From NCBI GenBank assembly GCA_050951805.1, contig JBMNJT010000002.1:288001-352000 (forward strand): a stretch of DNA of 64,000 nt, written 5' to 3'. Below are positions 30,951-40,891 of this stretch, in pieces. Position 1 is the stretch's first letter. Each line of letters begins with the position of its first letter. Source of the stretch: Bacillota bacterium (GTDB lineage Bacteria; Bacillota; DTU025). The notes beneath the pieces are model-generated. The model was not told the DNA's origin. It searched no databases and saw nothing but the letters and a program-made list of their open reading frames with translations. The position numbers were made by a program, and so were the translations under genes.

Positions 30951-31566
30951 TGCGATTGCCTTGGCTATTGCAGCCCTCATGGTAGGCATGTCCTGCAATT
31001 CACCTGCGACGGCAGGCATTTCCGGCCAAGAGGGTATCCAGGTGGTGTCCCCCGTGTCTGTTTCGGCAGGCGGAGCGGGCACATCTGCGCTGGACTGGAC
31101 TGCGCTCTTGAGGGCCGTCACTTTGCTGGGCGGGCCAGAGGGGACGTTGGTCCTCAGCGCTGCTCTTCTCACCGCTGATCCGCCTACTGGCGAGATGGTG
31201 ATCGACGCTTCGGTATCCACCGCCTTGGTTGTGGAGGTGCTCAAAGTAGGGTTTGGGCGCGCAAGGCCATATGTTCCGGGAGAGAACGGACGTTTCACCG
31301 GGCCCAACTTGTCAGGAAAATACCATTCAATGCCTTCTGGCCATAGCGCCAACGCATTTGCAATTGCGACGGTACTCGCCCATAGATACCCGGAGCAAGC
31401 GGCGCTTGCGTATGGCCTTGCATTGGCAGTGGGACTCAGCAGAATTCAGCTCGGGGTCCATTGGCCATCAGACGTGGTGGCAGGAGCGGCGATAGGGCTA
31501 GTCATGGGAAACCAGGTTGTTGAGGGACGTTTGCACCTGCTCGAGCTGGACGGAGCAACGGATTGA
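30943..31566 (+). CDS. PAP2-family phosphatase
   Basis: KxxxGRARP, PSGH and SRIQLGVHWPSD motifs. Confidence 0.9.
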   Translation: MHNAIALAIAALMVGMSCNSPATAGISGQEGIQVVSPVSVSAGGAGTSALDWTALLRAVTLLGGPEGTLVLSAALLTADPPTGEMVIDASVSTALVVEVLKVGFGRARPYVPGENGRFTGPNLSGKYHSMPSGHSANAFAIATVLAHRYPEQAALAYGLALAVGLSRIQLGVHWPSDVVAGAAIGLVMGNQVVEGRLHLLELDGATD

Positions 31567-31638
31567 CGGGCATACGAATGGGGCAGGTGTGCGCCGTCGC
31601 ATCCTGTAGGATGACCTCGAGCGATGGGACGAGATAGG

Positions 31639-31673
31639 GACAGCCGGGCCGCTTCGCAAAGCGCCCGGCTGTC
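31639..31673. terminator. Strong hairpin between convergent genes (likely terminator)
   Basis: GACAGCCGGG(C)CGCTT-CGCA-AAGCGCCCGGCTGTC. Confidence 0.6.
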
Positions 31674-31867
31674 TTCGTCATTTCCTGCCTGTTTTTAGTT
31701 GCCCTGCCCCTCTGCATTGAGCCGGCTTCATCCCTGCTCTTTCGTTTGGACGTCGCTCTTGCATTGATTTTCGGACACTGGCTATCGCTTTTGCCATCAT
31801 CCCGAGCCCGTTACTCTCGCAGAATTATTCATCTGGTGCTCCCAATCGGTTAGTGGTGATAGCAGAT

Positions 31868-32581
31868 CTACTCGTCCGCGTTCTCTGGCATACAACCGAG
31901 ACATGGTCCCTTAGGCGGCATTGGGGGCGGCTCAGGGAATTCCGGCACCGGTGGAATTGGTCCCGGACCCGGTGTCGACGGGACATGTGGTTGTGGAGGA
32001 GTGTAGTACGGCGGACACGGCATTCCCGGAGTCTCGGGTGGAGGCGCTATTGGTCCGGGCATTGTAGGTGTTCCCGGAATAGGTATTTGGGGCCAAGGCA
32101 TCGGGCTAGGCATTGGCATACCCGGACATGGCATGGTCGGCATCCCATACCAAGGGTGTGCAGGCATGCCAGGGCACGGAATAGGACTGGGCATTGGCGC
32201 CCCGGGGCATGGCATTGTAGGCCATCCTGGCGTTGGCATGCCAGGGTACGGAATTTCCGGTGAGGGCATTATCGGCTCCGGGGCCGGCGCGGGCCATGGC
32301 TCCGCCACAGGCGGACACGGTATCCAAGGTCCGGGCTCGGGCACAACCGGAGCAGGCATGCGAACCCCTGGACAAGATATGTTCTCAGGGGGACGTATCA
32401 ACGAGAGCACTGAATCGAAGAAGAAAGCGTGCCGCAACTCATCTCTGCTTATTTGAAGTACCCCGCGGCGAATTGCTTCGGTTGGAGCGATTTGTGCCAT
32501 CCTTGTATAGCGATCTACGGTTTCAACTTCATCGTTGTACGCTTCCTGCACCATGTTAAAAAACTCTCTGGAAGGCAGCAC
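31868..32581 (-). CDS. Ferritin/rubrerythrin-like half domain fused to a Pro/Met/Cys-rich repeat tail (spore-coat-like)
   Basis: DEVETVDRY...DELRH helix pair, then repeated PGMP / TMPCPG / PMPSP units; GAGGTGA RBS before GTG. Confidence 0.75.
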   Translation of the reverse strand: MLPSREFFNMVQEAYNDEVETVDRYTRMAQIAPTEAIRRGVLQISRDELRHAFFFDSVLSLIRPPENISCPGVRMPAPVVPEPGPWIPCPPVAEPWPAPAPEPIMPSPEIPYPGMPTPGWPTMPCPGAPMPSPIPCPGMPAHPWYGMPTMPCPGMPMPSPMPWPQIPIPGTPTMPGPIAPPPETPGMPCPPYYTPPQPHVPSTPGPGPIPPVPEFPEPPPMPPKGPCLGCMPENADE

Positions 32582-32835
32582 GTGATATCACCTCAATCAT
32601 CTCAGTCAGGTTCGATTTTGGATCGTCCAGTCGTCCAGTGGCAGTATATTGCTGATGAGTGCAGCTAGTTCCGGTGCCTTATGCACTATGTGAAATGGCA
32701 GCAGGCCATAATGCCCACATGCCGGGCTGATTTGGGGAAGAGGCTCTTGCAGAGGATCTGTTGACTCTTTGTAATGACGAATGTAGCATGGTGGCGAAAA
32801 CGCCTGTGAACTGAGACCAGATGGGGGTGATAGAT

Positions 32836-35655
32836 GTGAAGGCAAATGGCGGCAGAACGGATCGAATGGATATAATACTGCACGGCAAGGTGGAGAGCGT
32901 GGGCTCGGATACGGGGTTGGGGCCGGAGAGGCGCGGAAAGAAAAAAGGGCAACCCGGGCGGGGGGATGTAGGGGGCACGCCTGATAAGAAGGTAAGAGGC
33001 CTGCGCCAGGTAGACTTCGCCATAACGGGGATGACGTGTGCCGCATGTGCCGCTCGAGTCGAGCGTGCGCTGGCAAATGAGGCCGGGGTGGCACATGCCG
33101 CCGTTAATCTGGCGGCCGAGACTGCAAGGGTGCAGTATGATCCTGATCAGACGAGCCCGGATCGGCTCGTTAAGGCGATAGAGGCTGCGGGATATGGTGC
33201 GAGGGAGGCAGCACGCGATGCTGAAGAGGATGCTAGGCGCACAGAGGAAAGAAAGCAACAGGAGATCAACAACTGGCGACTGTTCTACATAGGCGCTGCA
33301 TTCAGCATTCCGTTGGTTGTGGGGATGATAGCCGACATTTTCGGGATAGAGGCGTTGATGTTTCTCATCGACCCCTTCGTGGGCTTCGTCTTGGCCACGC
33401 CAGTGGTGTTCGTGCCTGGATCCCGCTTCTATATCAGCGCCGCGAGGACAGTTGCCCATGGCGGAGCCAACATGGACGTTCTTGTAGCCTTAGGCACGGG
33501 CGCTGCTTACATCCTCAGCGTGGTCCACACCTTCATCGTTTCAGGCCCCGTCTATTACGAGGCCGCTGCAGTAGTCATCACCTTGGTGCTGCTCGGAAAG
33601 AACCTGGAGCATGTGGCGAAGGGCAAGACGAGCGAGGCCATACGGAAACTCGCCGCTTTGTCTCCTAAGACCGCCTCGGTGCTGCAGGCTGACGGGACCG
33701 AAATTCAGGTTCCCGTGGATGAAGTGGAAGTCGGCGACATCCTGATAGTCAGGCCGGGTGAACGCGTGCCCGTAGACGGCGTGATAATCGAAGGCTTTTC
33801 TGCTATAGACGAGTCGATGCTCACAGGCGAGAGCATCCCCGTGGACAGGCAGGCGGGCGACGCCATAACAGGAGGCACCGTCAACGGCCACGGGATGCTC
33901 AAGATGCGGGCGACCCGGGTGGGCTCGGAGACTGCGCTTGCTCAGATTATCCGCATGGTGGAAGAAGCGCAGGGAAGTAAGGCGCCCATACAGCGTTTGG
34001 CGGATGTGGTGTCATACTATTTCGTCCCCGCGGTTCTGGTTGTGGCTGTGGTTACGTTTGCAGGATGGATGGCTGCAGGAATAGGCGCGTCTCAGGCATT
34101 GGTGAACGCCACGGCTGTGCTGGTCATCGCGTGTCCTTGTGCGCTCGGGCTCGCGACCCCGACGGCTATCATGGTAGCCACTGGGCGTGGCGCCGAGCTG
34201 GGTATCTTGATACGTGGGGGAGAGCATCTGGAAAGGCTTAGCTCAGTGAAGGCAGTAGTCCTCGACAAGACTGGGACGATTACAGCGGGCGTGCCGTCGC
34301 TTGAAGAAGTCGAAGTCTTTGCACCTCACGGGCGTGAAGAGGCGCTTCGACTCGCCGCTTCTGCTGAACGGGCTTCAGAGCATCCGCTCGGCAGGGCGAT
34401 AGTAGAAGCGGCTGAGCAGGCAGGGATAGATATTCCGATGCCCGACGAGTTTAGGACGGTTCCGGGGCGCGGCATCGTCGCAACTGTGGAAGGAAGACAG
34501 GTTGCCGTCGGAACGCTTCGATTTTTAGATGAACTTGGCGTATCCGTGGACCGTGAAGGGCTTGCAGCCGAGCGCAGGTTCGGGAGCGGGCTGGTGGCGG
34601 GGACGGCTGAGGAGACGAATGGGGCTGGTTCAGAAGTCCCGGTTACGAGTTTGATTGCCGCAGGCGCTGTGGGGGCCTCTGTTGCCAGAATGCAAGATGA
34701 GGGGCGGACCGCCGTAGTTCAGGCGGTGGACGGAGCGGTCGCTGCGGTCTATGGAATCGCCGATCAAGTACGGCCGGGTTCGGTGGAGGCCATCAAGGGG
34801 ATTCAGGACCTCGGCATAGACGTATATATGATTACCGGTGACAACGCGCGCACAGCGGCAGCTATCGCCGAACGTGTTGGAATACCCAAACCCAACGTCC
34901 TGGCTGAGGTTCTTCCTGAGGACAAGGCGCGCGAGGTTGAACGGCTGCAGGAGGCTGGGCTTGCCGTTGCCATGGTGGGTGATGGGATAAATGATGCCCC
35001 TGCCCTTGCCACTGCGGATGTAGGGGTTGCCATGAGTACAGGGACTGATGTTGCCATGGAAGCTGCGGATATTACCATTGTGGGTAATTTGGGCAAGCTC
35101 CTCGATGCCATTAAGCTGGCCAAGAAGACTATTACCATAATTAAGGAGAATCTTTTCTGGGCCTTTGTCTACAATACCATTGGGATCCCTCTTGCGGCTT
35201 TCGGAGTTCTTCCGCCAGTGTATGCCGGGGCTGCGATGTCGTTGAGCTCGGTATCGGTAGTTTCGAATTCATTGCGATTGAGAGGGTTCGGAAAAGAGAG
35301 GCCTCGAGGGATCTCCAGGACAGAGGTGAAAGGGGTAGATAATATGCCCTATGGCAGGAAGAGCACGTCAGATAGCAAGGAGAACATGGTGGCCGGACCG
35401 GGATCCACGGAGAAATCCGCTGCCGCTGCCGGAATGGTAGGCGATTACAGTGAGGCTCTGCTCAACGTGGCTGGAATGAGTTGCGGGCATTGCAAAGCCG
35501 CTGTGGAGGGTGCTCTTATGGGTGTAGTAGGAGTCGAGTCGGCAGAGGTTGATCTTGAGGCTAAGTCCGCCAGGGTCGTATACGACAGGAACGCGGCAAA
35601 GCCTGCAGACTTGGTTCGTGCGGTGGAGGATGCCGGGTACGAGGTGCTGAGGTAG
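32836..35655 (+). CDS. copA: Cu(I)-translocating P1B-1 ATPase with N- and C-terminal HMA domains
   Basis: GMTCAAC, TGES, CPC, DKTGT, SEHP, GDGIND, YN and MxxSS; C-terminal GMSCGHC. Start uncertain (32821, 32836 or 32866). Confidence 0.93.
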   Translation: MKANGGRTDRMDIILHGKVESVGSDTGLGPERRGKKKGQPGRGDVGGTPDKKVRGLRQVDFAITGMTCAACAARVERALANEAGVAHAAVNLAAETARVQYDPDQTSPDRLVKAIEAAGYGAREAARDAEEDARRTEERKQQEINNWRLFYIGAAFSIPLVVGMIADIFGIEALMFLIDPFVGFVLATPVVFVPGSRFYISAARTVAHGGANMDVLVALGTGAAYILSVVHTFIVSGPVYYEAAAVVITLVLLGKNLEHVAKGKTSEAIRKLAALSPKTASVLQADGTEIQVPVDEVEVGDILIVRPGERVPVDGVIIEGFSAIDESMLTGESIPVDRQAGDAITGGTVNGHGMLKMRATRVGSETALAQIIRMVEEAQGSKAPIQRLADVVSYYFVPAVLVVAVVTFAGWMAAGIGASQALVNATAVLVIACPCALGLATPTAIMVATGRGAELGILIRGGEHLERLSSVKAVVLDKTGTITAGVPSLEEVEVFAPHGREEALRLAASAERASEHPLGRAIVEAAEQAGIDIPMPDEFRTVPGRGIVATVEGRQVAVGTLRFLDELGVSVDREGLAAERRFGSGLVAGTAEETNGAGSEVPVTSLIAAGAVGASVARMQDEGRTAVVQAVDGAVAAVYGIADQVRPGSVEAIKGIQDLGIDVYMITGDNARTAAAIAERVGIPKPNVLAEVLPEDKAREVERLQEAGLAVAMVGDGINDAPALATADVGVAMSTGTDVAMEAADITIVGNLGKLLDAIKLAKKTITIIKENLFWAFVYNTIGIPLAAFGVLPPVYAGAAMSLSSVSVVSNSLRLRGFGKERPRGISRTEVKGVDNMPYGRKSTSDSKENMVAGPGSTEKSAAAAGMVGDYSEALLNVAGMSCGHCKAAVEGALMGVVGVESAEVDLEAKSARVVYDRNAAKPADLVRAVEDAGYEVLR

Positions 35656-35720
35656 CTCTGTCCCGGACAGCTTGGATGCACGATGGGGTATGGCGGGGAG
35701 CCATGCAGGGAGCATGCGGC

Positions 35721-35754
35721 AAACAAAAAGGAAGGCCGCCGCGGATGCGGCGGC
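35721..35754 (-). terminator. Intrinsic terminator between the convergent copA and PPC-protein genes
   Basis: GCCGCCGC-GGAT-GCGGCGGC with an adjacent A-rich run (the U-tract on the minus strand). Confidence 0.7.
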
Positions 35755-35791
35755 TTCATCGTTCATCTCATCTTCTTCTGTTGACAGCTGA

Positions 35792-37909
35792 CTAGATAGC
35801 TGAGCCTACAATGAGTTGATAAGCTTCAAACATGTTATAGCAACTGCTGCTGTATGGCTGCACAACTACGTAATACCTTGTCAGTGGTGTGAGCTGCAAC
35901 GTGAGGTCCATGAGAGTTCCCTTGTTGCCCAGGTCCTGATTGGTTATCTCCTTTCCTGTTGCATCCACGACTCTGAGTCTGAAGTCGGCCGTCTGTGTGC
36001 AGGTTATCCGCACCTTGCCCAAGAGGGGTGCAGTGAACTGCCACCAATCCTCATCAGTGCCTGTTGCGATCACCCCGGTTACCGGCTGTCCTAGCTGAAT
36101 GCTCTTGGCCTCATTGGCGGAATTATTGGGTTCTGCGGGGTCGTACAGTGCAGGCTTGACTGTGATCTTCATGTTGTAAGGGGTGTGCATGCTGTATATG
36201 TTGGTGTTATATCCCCGCATCAATACGTAATACGTTCCAGGCTGGAATATGTCATGGGTCAGGACCATCTTGTTCCCTGGATGGCCGTAGTCGTCGCCGA
36301 GGAGTACTGTCTTGCCGTCGCGGTCAATGAGGGAGAGATGCAAGTCAACTGGTTGGTCAGATTCTGCCACAACCTGAGATGGTCCAGCGATGTCCACTTT
36401 GTAGTAATCTAGGTCGCCCGGGCGGGATATGAACGCTGCGAAGGTTTGCCCAAGAGGCGGCACTGCGGCCTGCCCAGGCGTGTCGTTCGGCTCGAATCTG
36501 TCAGTACCTCCGTGCGTAACGGTTATGGTCATGCTGTAGGGAGTGTGCATTTCGTATATGTCCTTGTTGTACCCGCGCATCACTACGTAGTAGGTTCCCG
36601 GGTCGTATACGTCCCCTTCAAGAAGCATGTTAGTTCCTTTGCTTCCTAAGTCGCCGCCGTAGAGCTCCTTTGTGCCGGAACTGTCCACGATGGAGAGGTA
36701 GTAGTCGGCCGGCTGTGTAGACGTCACTTTGATGGTGGCGGGTCCAGAAACACTGACGCTGTAGTAATCGATGTCCCCGGGCCTATAGATGAAGGAATCG
36801 AACTGCCTTCCGGAGACGACTGCCGATGCCAGGTTAACGTTGTCGTTGGGCTCGAAGGCATCACGGGCTTCCCGAAACTCTGCCCTAAGGGTGTAAGGGG
36901 TATCAGACTTGATGTTGCCTGAGTATCCGCGTACGAGTATATAGTAGTTGCCTGGTTCAAAAACGTCGGCATTGAGCACCATTGTTGTCCCGCTGCTTCC
37001 CAGATCACCTCCGGCGATCTGACTTCCCGCTTCATTCAGTATTGCCATGAAGAAATCTGCGGGCTGTGTACATGTCACGTGGAAAGTTCCATGTGTGGTC
37101 ACCGTAACCTTGTACATGTCAATATCACCATCTGTGGAGATGGCGCCTGTGACATTTGTATTAACGGCTATTGGATTTGCGGTTGCGATATTATAGTTGG
37201 GTTCACGTTCTGCTTGCAAGTAGCTTGGCTCGAGCGCTGGCGGGACTGCGGGTTGGCTTGGCTGTGTTGTCGGAAGCTGAGCCGATGGCGACCCCGCGGA
37301 AGGCTTCGTCAACACTGCATGCCAGGGAAGACCTTTTCCGCCTGTGATATTGCAGTCGAAGGTTCCTTCCATGATCAAGTTTCCTGATGCATCCCGCGAG
37401 ACCGTGCCACGATACACCTGATTGCCGCTGCCGACTATTCGTTCGAAGGCGACTAAGCCGTCAGGTGACACTCTGCCGTTTGCCAAGGTGTCTCCGAAGA
37501 CGCTACCAGAGAGTGTTGTACCGCTCTGTTCGATCCTGATCTCACCGCCGAATCCGTTGAGGTCAGCGCTCCATATGCCGGAGAGTTCGAACAATGGACC
37601 CGATATTGGCGTCGAAGGGATGGCAATAGCTGGGGGCGGTACCTGCTGTCCAACCTGGGTGCTGCCCATGGATGATTGGCTCACTTGTATCAGCATCACG
37701 TCAGATCGAGGACAGGCCATGAGATATCCGTCGGTCAGTCGGAAGACGAAATGGTCCACTCCATCAAAGGTGAAGAAACCTACTAGATCTGCATCGTACG
37801 TGGTTCCATCTAGCAAAGTAACGGATGAGCCTAGAGCGCCAGCGGATACTGCCAACAAGCACAGCGTTGCCAGCGCTGTGGCAAGGTGAGTGCGTAGTTG
37901 GTGTTTCAC
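35792..37909 (-). CDS. Secreted modular protein with four PPC (pre-peptidase C-terminal / collagen-binding-like) domains
   Basis: Signal peptide, Pro-rich linkers, and four ~118-aa repeats starting EREPNY, FEPND, FEPND and AEPNN, each with DxD(Y/W) and (G)xYYv motifs. Confidence 0.85.
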   Translation of the reverse strand: MKHQLRTHLATALATLCLLAVSAGALGSSVTLLDGTTYDADLVGFFTFDGVDHFVFRLTDGYLMACPRSDVMLIQVSQSSMGSTQVGQQVPPPAIAIPSTPISGPLFELSGIWSADLNGFGGEIRIEQSGTTLSGSVFGDTLANGRVSPDGLVAFERIVGSGNQVYRGTVSRDASGNLIMEGTFDCNITGGKGLPWHAVLTKPSAGSPSAQLPTTQPSQPAVPPALEPSYLQAEREPNYNIATANPIAVNTNVTGAISTDGDIDMYKVTVTTHGTFHVTCTQPADFFMAILNEAGSQIAGGDLGSSGTTMVLNADVFEPGNYYILVRGYSGNIKSDTPYTLRAEFREARDAFEPNDNVNLASAVVSGRQFDSFIYRPGDIDYYSVSVSGPATIKVTSTQPADYYLSIVDSSGTKELYGGDLGSKGTNMLLEGDVYDPGTYYVVMRGYNKDIYEMHTPYSMTITVTHGGTDRFEPNDTPGQAAVPPLGQTFAAFISRPGDLDYYKVDIAGPSQVVAESDQPVDLHLSLIDRDGKTVLLGDDYGHPGNKMVLTHDIFQPGTYYVLMRGYNTNIYSMHTPYNMKITVKPALYDPAEPNNSANEAKSIQLGQPVTGVIATGTDEDWWQFTAPLLGKVRITCTQTADFRLRVVDATGKEITNQDLGNKGTLMDLTLQLTPLTRYYVVVQPYSSSCYNMFEAYQLIVGSAI

Positions 37910-38159
37910 GGATAAGCCCCCCCTCTTGCAATTGATAGAATAGTAGTTCTGCTACAAAATGCACTTTCCTGCATAGGTAATAGCCTGTTTGGGACGGAAA
38001 TTCTCGAGCGCTATTTGGGCCGGTGGCCTGGCAAGATGTTGCACAATTCGGGACTCGAGTATGCATGTTCCATCTTGACTGCGGTGCGCTTTCGCGTCTA
38101 TGCCGCAGTCCAATACGGGGTCTGAATCTGCGCATCGACAATGTATGTTTCCTTGAAGG

Positions 38160-38450
38160 GTTTGGGTCACAGGCACAACTGCCCTCGACACTCAGCCGAG
38201 CCGGGATATGATCCCCGGGCAAGGGACAAGACGAGTGCTATAAGCACAGTCCTCAGCTCGCCGGCGGCAGGCAACCATGTTCTTTATGATTATGATGACG
38301 AAGGCGGCGTGCGTATGTTCCCGATTCTAAGATCCATGTGGATGCTGCGCGACAAGCAGGTGTGGATTCCGATGCCCGGCACGAACCAGAAGATGAGCGT
38401 AGTCGGGGCGATGGACATCCGCACTGGCGCATATGCCTGCTTTACGGTCG
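38160..38450 (+). pseudogene. IS630-family transposase remnant (boundaries approximate)
   Basis: Fragment VLYDYDDEGGVRMFPILRSMWMLRDKQVWIPMPGTNQKMSVVGAMDIRTG matches the first-Asp region of IS630 DDE domains; the rest is missing. Confidence 0.7.
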
Positions 38451-39211
38451 TCTCGCCTTTGTTGCTCTTCTTTCGTTATCACGAAATGCTGTGGCCCTTG
38501 AAACTCGAAAGCAACAGGTGGATTTCTTTAGTGTCTATCAAACTCCATGCGCCGCCCTGATTCGATGTTCCGAACCCAGCTGGGCCTTGCATTGTCGAGG
38601 TAGTCTAATGAGTTGACCAAGGCATCGAGCCAGCATTGCATCAGCCAAAGCCTAAACTGCACTCGAGGATCACTCAGGAAGTTGTTGAGACTTACTTAGG
38701 TGATCCTGGCCTCTGACAATGCAAACTATCCAACAACTCAGCAACCTCAATGCTCGCGGAGGCGATACGCGATCGTCTATTGCGTCATTCGACAATGACA
38801 AACACCTGCGCGCACTGGTATGGATTATGCGAGAAGAGCAGGCTGGCTTTGCCAGCCAAGGGGCCGGCATACGCGGCAACTTCAACTTGGCAACTCCAAC
38901 ACTCATGCGAAAGAAGCTAATGCCATTGTTGGGGGATGGTTTGTAACTGGCATGGAAGCGTCAAAGCGAAAGCGATGCACAATGCAAAAGGGACAACACG
39001 ACGGGGTAGGATGGAGCAGGATCTCCTGACGAAATATTGCATTTCTGAACTGTGCTTTATTCACATTCTTACTCTGGTCTTGACACTCCAACCCTGTCAT
39101 AGTCTAGCAGGTGAATGAGGGATGATGTGGAATATAAAACAAGGGTACGTCTCTTTAGCTATGCAGCGATTGAGGCGGCTCGTGCATGTATATGTTGGAG
39201 GGATAGTTGAA

Positions 39212-40879
39212 TTGAACCAAAGCAATCTCAAGGGCGAGCTGGATCGTTGGAAGAGCACGACCTACGGCAAAACCTGCGCCAGGTTCCCTGAACGACGGGA
39301 GAAGTTCGAAGGGACTTCTGGCATCGAGGTCCAGCCTGTTTACACACCGTTGGATACTGAGGGCATCGACTATCTTGAGGACCTTGGATTTCCGGGAGAA
39401 TACCCATACACGCGTGGAGTTCAACCCACGATGTATCGGGGGCGCTTGTGGACAATGCGGCAATATGCCGGCTTTGCCACGGCGGAGGAATCGAACGAAC
39501 GCTACAGGTACCTGCTGGAACAAGGGCAGACCGGGCTTTCAGTTGCGTTCGACCTCCCGACTCAGATAGGATACGATTCCGACCACGAGCTGGCATTGGG
39601 GGAAGTTGGGAAAGTTGGGGTGGCGATAGATTCTCTTGCGGATATGGAGATTCTTTTCAACGAGATACCGCTAGACAAGGTTTCCACCTCCATGACCATC
39701 AACGCGCCGGCTGCAGTCCTTTTGGCCATGTATATCGCAGTCGCGGAAAAACAGGGCGTGTCGCCGGAGAAGCTTAACGGAACTATTCAGAATGACATCC
39801 TCAAGGAATATGCCGCCCGCGGCACCTACATTTTCCCACCGAAACCGTCAATGCGCCTCATAACCAACACATTCGAGTATTGTTCTGCAAACGTTCCAAA
39901 CTGGAACACCATCAGCATAAGTGGCTACCATATCAGAGAGGCAGGGGCCACAGCAGTACAGGAACTCGCCTTCACGCTCGCTGACGGAATCGCCTATGTT
40001 CAGGCGGCTATAGACGCGGGTCTTGATGTGGACGAATTCGCTCCTAGGTTGTCGTTCTTCTTTGCAGCCCATAACGACCTTTTCGAGGAAGTTGCCAAGT
40101 TCAGAGCGGCGAGAAGGCTGTGGGCGAGGATCATGAAGGAAAGGTTCGGAGCCAAGAAGGAAAAGTCTATGAGGCTCCGGTTCCATACCCAGACGGGCGG
40201 GTCCACTCTAACGGCGCAGCAGCCTGACAACAACATTGTCAGGGTGGCATTGCAGGCGCTTGCAGCTGTTCTCGGAGGCACTCAGTCGCTGCACACCAAC
40301 TCCCGAGATGAAGCCCTAGCGCTTCCAAGCCAGGAATCGGTGATGATTGCCTTGCGCACGCAGCAGATCATCGCATACGAGAGCGGTGTCGCCGACACCA
40401 TTGATCCCCTTGCAGGCTCTTACTATGTAGAGGCTCTTACCACTCAGATTGAGGAGGCAGCCGCCGATTACATCCGCCGGATCGACGAGATGGGCGGAGC
40501 GCCTATGGCAATCGAGCGAGGGTTCATCCAGAGCGAGATAGAAGAGAGCGCTTATCGGTACCAGATGGAGATAGAGTCGGGAGACCGGATTGTTGTCGGC
40601 GTCAACGAATTCTACATAGAGGAGGAGCCGCCGAAGGGCCTTCTCAAGGTAGACCCCGCCGTTGCCGATCTGCAGTGCAAAAAACTGGCGGATGTGAAAG
40701 CTTCAAGGAATGGCGAGGCTGTGGAAAAGAGCCTTGAAGCGCTCAAGGCAGCGGCCGAAGGAACTGACAATCTCGTGCCGTATATTCTTGACGCAGTCAG
40801 AGAATACGCCACATTGGGAGAGATATGCGACACTTTGCGCGAAGTATTCGGAGAATACAAGCCCTCAGGGGCCTACTAG
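39212..40879 (+). CDS. mcmA: Methylmalonyl-CoA mutase, substrate-binding large subunit
   Basis: PYTRG, MRQYAGF (Tyr = methylmalonyl specificity), [22 protein letters not shown] and GGTQSLHTN. Start TTG 39212 after GGAGG. Confidence 0.95.
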   Translation: MNQSNLKGELDRWKSTTYGKTCARFPERREKFEGTSGIEVQPVYTPLDTEGIDYLEDLGFPGEYPYTRGVQPTMYRGRLWTMRQYAGFATAEESNERYRYLLEQGQTGLSVAFDLPTQIGYDSDHELALGEVGKVGVAIDSLADMEILFNEIPLDKVSTSMTINAPAAVLLAMYIAVAEKQGVSPEKLNGTIQNDILKEYAARGTYIFPPKPSMRLITNTFEYCSANVPNWNTISISGYHIREAGATAVQELAFTLADGIAYVQAAIDAGLDVDEFAPRLSFFFAAHNDLFEEVAKFRAARRLWARIMKERFGAKKEKSMRLRFHTQTGGSTLTAQQPDNNIVRVALQALAAVLGGTQSLHTNSRDEALALPSQESVMIALRTQQIIAYESGVADTIDPLAGSYYVEALTTQIEEAAADYIRRIDEMGGAPMAIERGFIQSEIEESAYRYQMEIESGDRIVVGVNEFYIEEEPPKGLLKVDPAVADLQCKKLADVKASRNGEAVEKSLEALKAAAEGTDNLVPYILDAVREYATLGEICDTLREVFGEYKPSGAY

Positions 40880-40891
40880 CAGGAAGGGAGA

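Noticed and set aside
39122-40879. Isobutyryl-CoA or other variant acyl-CoA mutase
   Set aside because: The specificity residues (RQYAG Tyr, the Arg in ARG) and the adjacent epimerase fit ordinary methylmalonyl-CoA mutase.
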